Below are positions 62,780-64,000 of a stretch of 64,000 nucleotides of DNA, in pieces. Within the stretch, counting starts at the first letter, position 1. Every line of letters starts with the position of its first letter. The DNA lies in NCBI GenBank assembly GCA_963834375.1, contig CAWIBM010000002.1, positions 972,919-1,036,918 of the forward strand, read 5' to 3'. Both the position numbers and the translations under genes were made by a program. This DNA is from an uncultured Acidimicrobiia bacterium. Its GTDB lineage: Bacteria > Actinomycetota > Acidimicrobiia > Spongiisociales > UBA5794. The notes under the pieces were generated by a model that did no database searches, had not been told where the DNA came from, and saw nothing but the letters and a program-made list of their open reading frames with translations.

Positions 62780-63930
62780 GACTCATCGTCACCGCATTCG
62801 TGACACTCGACGGAGTCATCGAAGCTCCCGGGTTCGACGAACATCGGGATGGCAAGAACGCCTGGGCACTCCGGATTCAGAACGAGGACGATGAGGAGTA
62901 CAACACGGCGCAGGTCTTCGATGCCGATGCCTTCCTCCTCGGCCGGAAGACGTACCAGATCTGGGCCGCCTTCTGGCCACTCGCCGAGCAGGCCGACCTC
63001 ACCGCAACCGGTGCCGAGAAGCTCGCCAGGCGCGTCAACGAGATCCCGAAGTACGTCGTCTCGCGAACGTTGACCAGCGCCGATTGGAGCAACACCACCC
63101 TCATCGCCGGTGATGTCGCCGCTGAGGTCATCCGCCTGAAGGAACAGGGAGACGGTGACCTGGTGGTATACGGCAGCGCAGACCTCGTCGACACCTTGTT
63201 GGAGCAGGATCTCATCGACGAGTACCGCCTGCTCGTCTATCCGATCGTCCTGGGCAGCGGGAAGCACCTGTTCCGCGACGGGATCGACCTGCACCATCTG
63301 CGCCTGGTCGGCACACGGGTCTTCAGCTCCGGTGTCGTCCTGCTCACCTACCAGCCGCAGCGGGAAGTTCCAACAAGCCGATACGAGGTCGAATTCGCCT
63401 GGACCCAGGAGCAGGTGCGCTCGCTCCAGGCCGCCGAGGACTTGAACCGGGTCCTGGCCACCGTGTTGTTCACCGATCTGGTCGACTCCACCAAGCGGGC
63501 GGTCGATCTCGGTGACCGCGCCTGGCGTCGTCTCATCGACCGTCATGACGAGGTGGCGCGTTCCGAGGTGAGCCGTTGGACGGGCCGGTTCATCAAGAGC
63601 ACCGGAGACGGGGTGCTCGCCACATTCGACACGCCGACCAGGGCACTGCGCTGTGCCTTCGATCTGCGGCAAGCACTCGTTCGCATCGGGCTCGAGATGA
63701 GGGCGGCCATCCACACCGGCGAGATCGAGTTGCGCGACGACGACATCGGAGGCGTAGGCGTCCACGTCGCTGCCCGTGCCCTTGGGATGGCCGATGCGAA
63801 TGAGGTCGTGGTCACCCGCACGGTTCGGGATCTCGCCACCGGGACCGATCTGGGTTTCGCACCCAAAGGCTCGGTGAGCCTGCGCGGGATCCCCGGACGG
63901 TTCGAGTTGTTCGAGGCGTCACTCGGCTAG
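62776..63930 (+). CDS. Dihydrofolate-reductase-like (RibD C-terminal domain) / class III nucleotidyl cyclase (CHD) fusion protein
   Basis: Intact 384 aa. The N-terminal 'MRLIVTAFVTLDGVIEAPG...GRKTYQIWAAFWP...LVVYGSADLVDTLLEQDLIDEYRLLVYPIVLGSGKHLF' is DHFR-family. The C-terminal 'LATVLFTDLVDSTKRA...FIKSTGDGVLATF...VHVAARA...LRGIPGRFELFE' is a CHD. Confidence 0.8.
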   Translation: MRLIVTAFVTLDGVIEAPGFDEHRDGKNAWALRIQNEDDEEYNTAQVFDADAFLLGRKTYQIWAAFWPLAEQADLTATGAEKLARRVNEIPKYVVSRTLTSADWSNTTLIAGDVAAEVIRLKEQGDGDLVVYGSADLVDTLLEQDLIDEYRLLVYPIVLGSGKHLFRDGIDLHHLRLVGTRVFSSGVVLLTYQPQREVPTSRYEVEFAWTQEQVRSLQAAEDLNRVLATVLFTDLVDSTKRAVDLGDRAWRRLIDRHDEVARSEVSRWTGRFIKSTGDGVLATFDTPTRALRCAFDLRQALVRIGLEMRAAIHTGEIELRDDDIGGVGVHVAARALGMADANEVVVTRTVRDLATGTDLGFAPKGSVSLRGIPGRFELFEASLG

Positions 63931-64000
63931 ATCGGCGGTTCGCCCCGTCCGTCCGCGGTGCCGCGTCGCTCCTCAGCCCTGCTCGACATACCGGAGGAGT

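Overview
High-GC (~70%) actinobacterial chromosomal segment. Roughly the first 42.7 kb is a compact version of the conserved ffh-to-pnp translation and ribosome-biogenesis core, in the same order as the mycobacterial Rv2916c-to-Rv2783c region. Gene order: ffh, rpsP, KH protein, rimM, [oxidoreductase + FNR + acyl-CoA DH insert], trmD, rplS, [alkA-like], lepB, DUF2469, yraN, [small insert], comM/yifB, dprA, xerC, sigma-28-type sigma factor, rpsB, tsf, pyrH, frr, cdsA, dxr, rseP, ispG, proS, rimP, nusA, infB, DUF503, rbfA, nrnA, truB, ribF, [RidA, kup, acidic protein, lipoprotein], rpsO, pnp. The 3' third (42.8-64 kb) is more accessory. It holds dodecin, a LexA-boxed imuA'-imuB mutasome cassette, a STAND-ATPase/TPR/nucleotide-cyclase fusion, plsC, a YcaQ/AlkZ-family glycosylase, a TolB-like beta-propeller, an SDR, MTHFS, SufE plus rhodanese, ybaK, a TPP-riboswitch-controlled thiamine pyrophosphokinase plus thiamine ABC uptake operon, a small-ORF/RHH/DUF4097 cassette behind an AT-rich direct-repeat operator, a SAM methyltransferase, an F420-type Ddn-like nitroreductase and a DHFR-like/cyclase fusion. 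Two dispersed non-coding repeat families stand out. One is a tandem nested-palindrome element found at two loci. The other is a ~93% identical ~90-nt element sitting immediately 5' of the start codons of two unrelated genes, in inverted orientation 34 kb apart. Many clearly essential genes (ffh, rimM, ispG, proS, nusA, pnp and others) need one or more frame changes to read through. I read these as sequence or assembly indels, not pseudogenes. They make several coordinates approximate. No tRNA, rRNA or CRISPR array was found.
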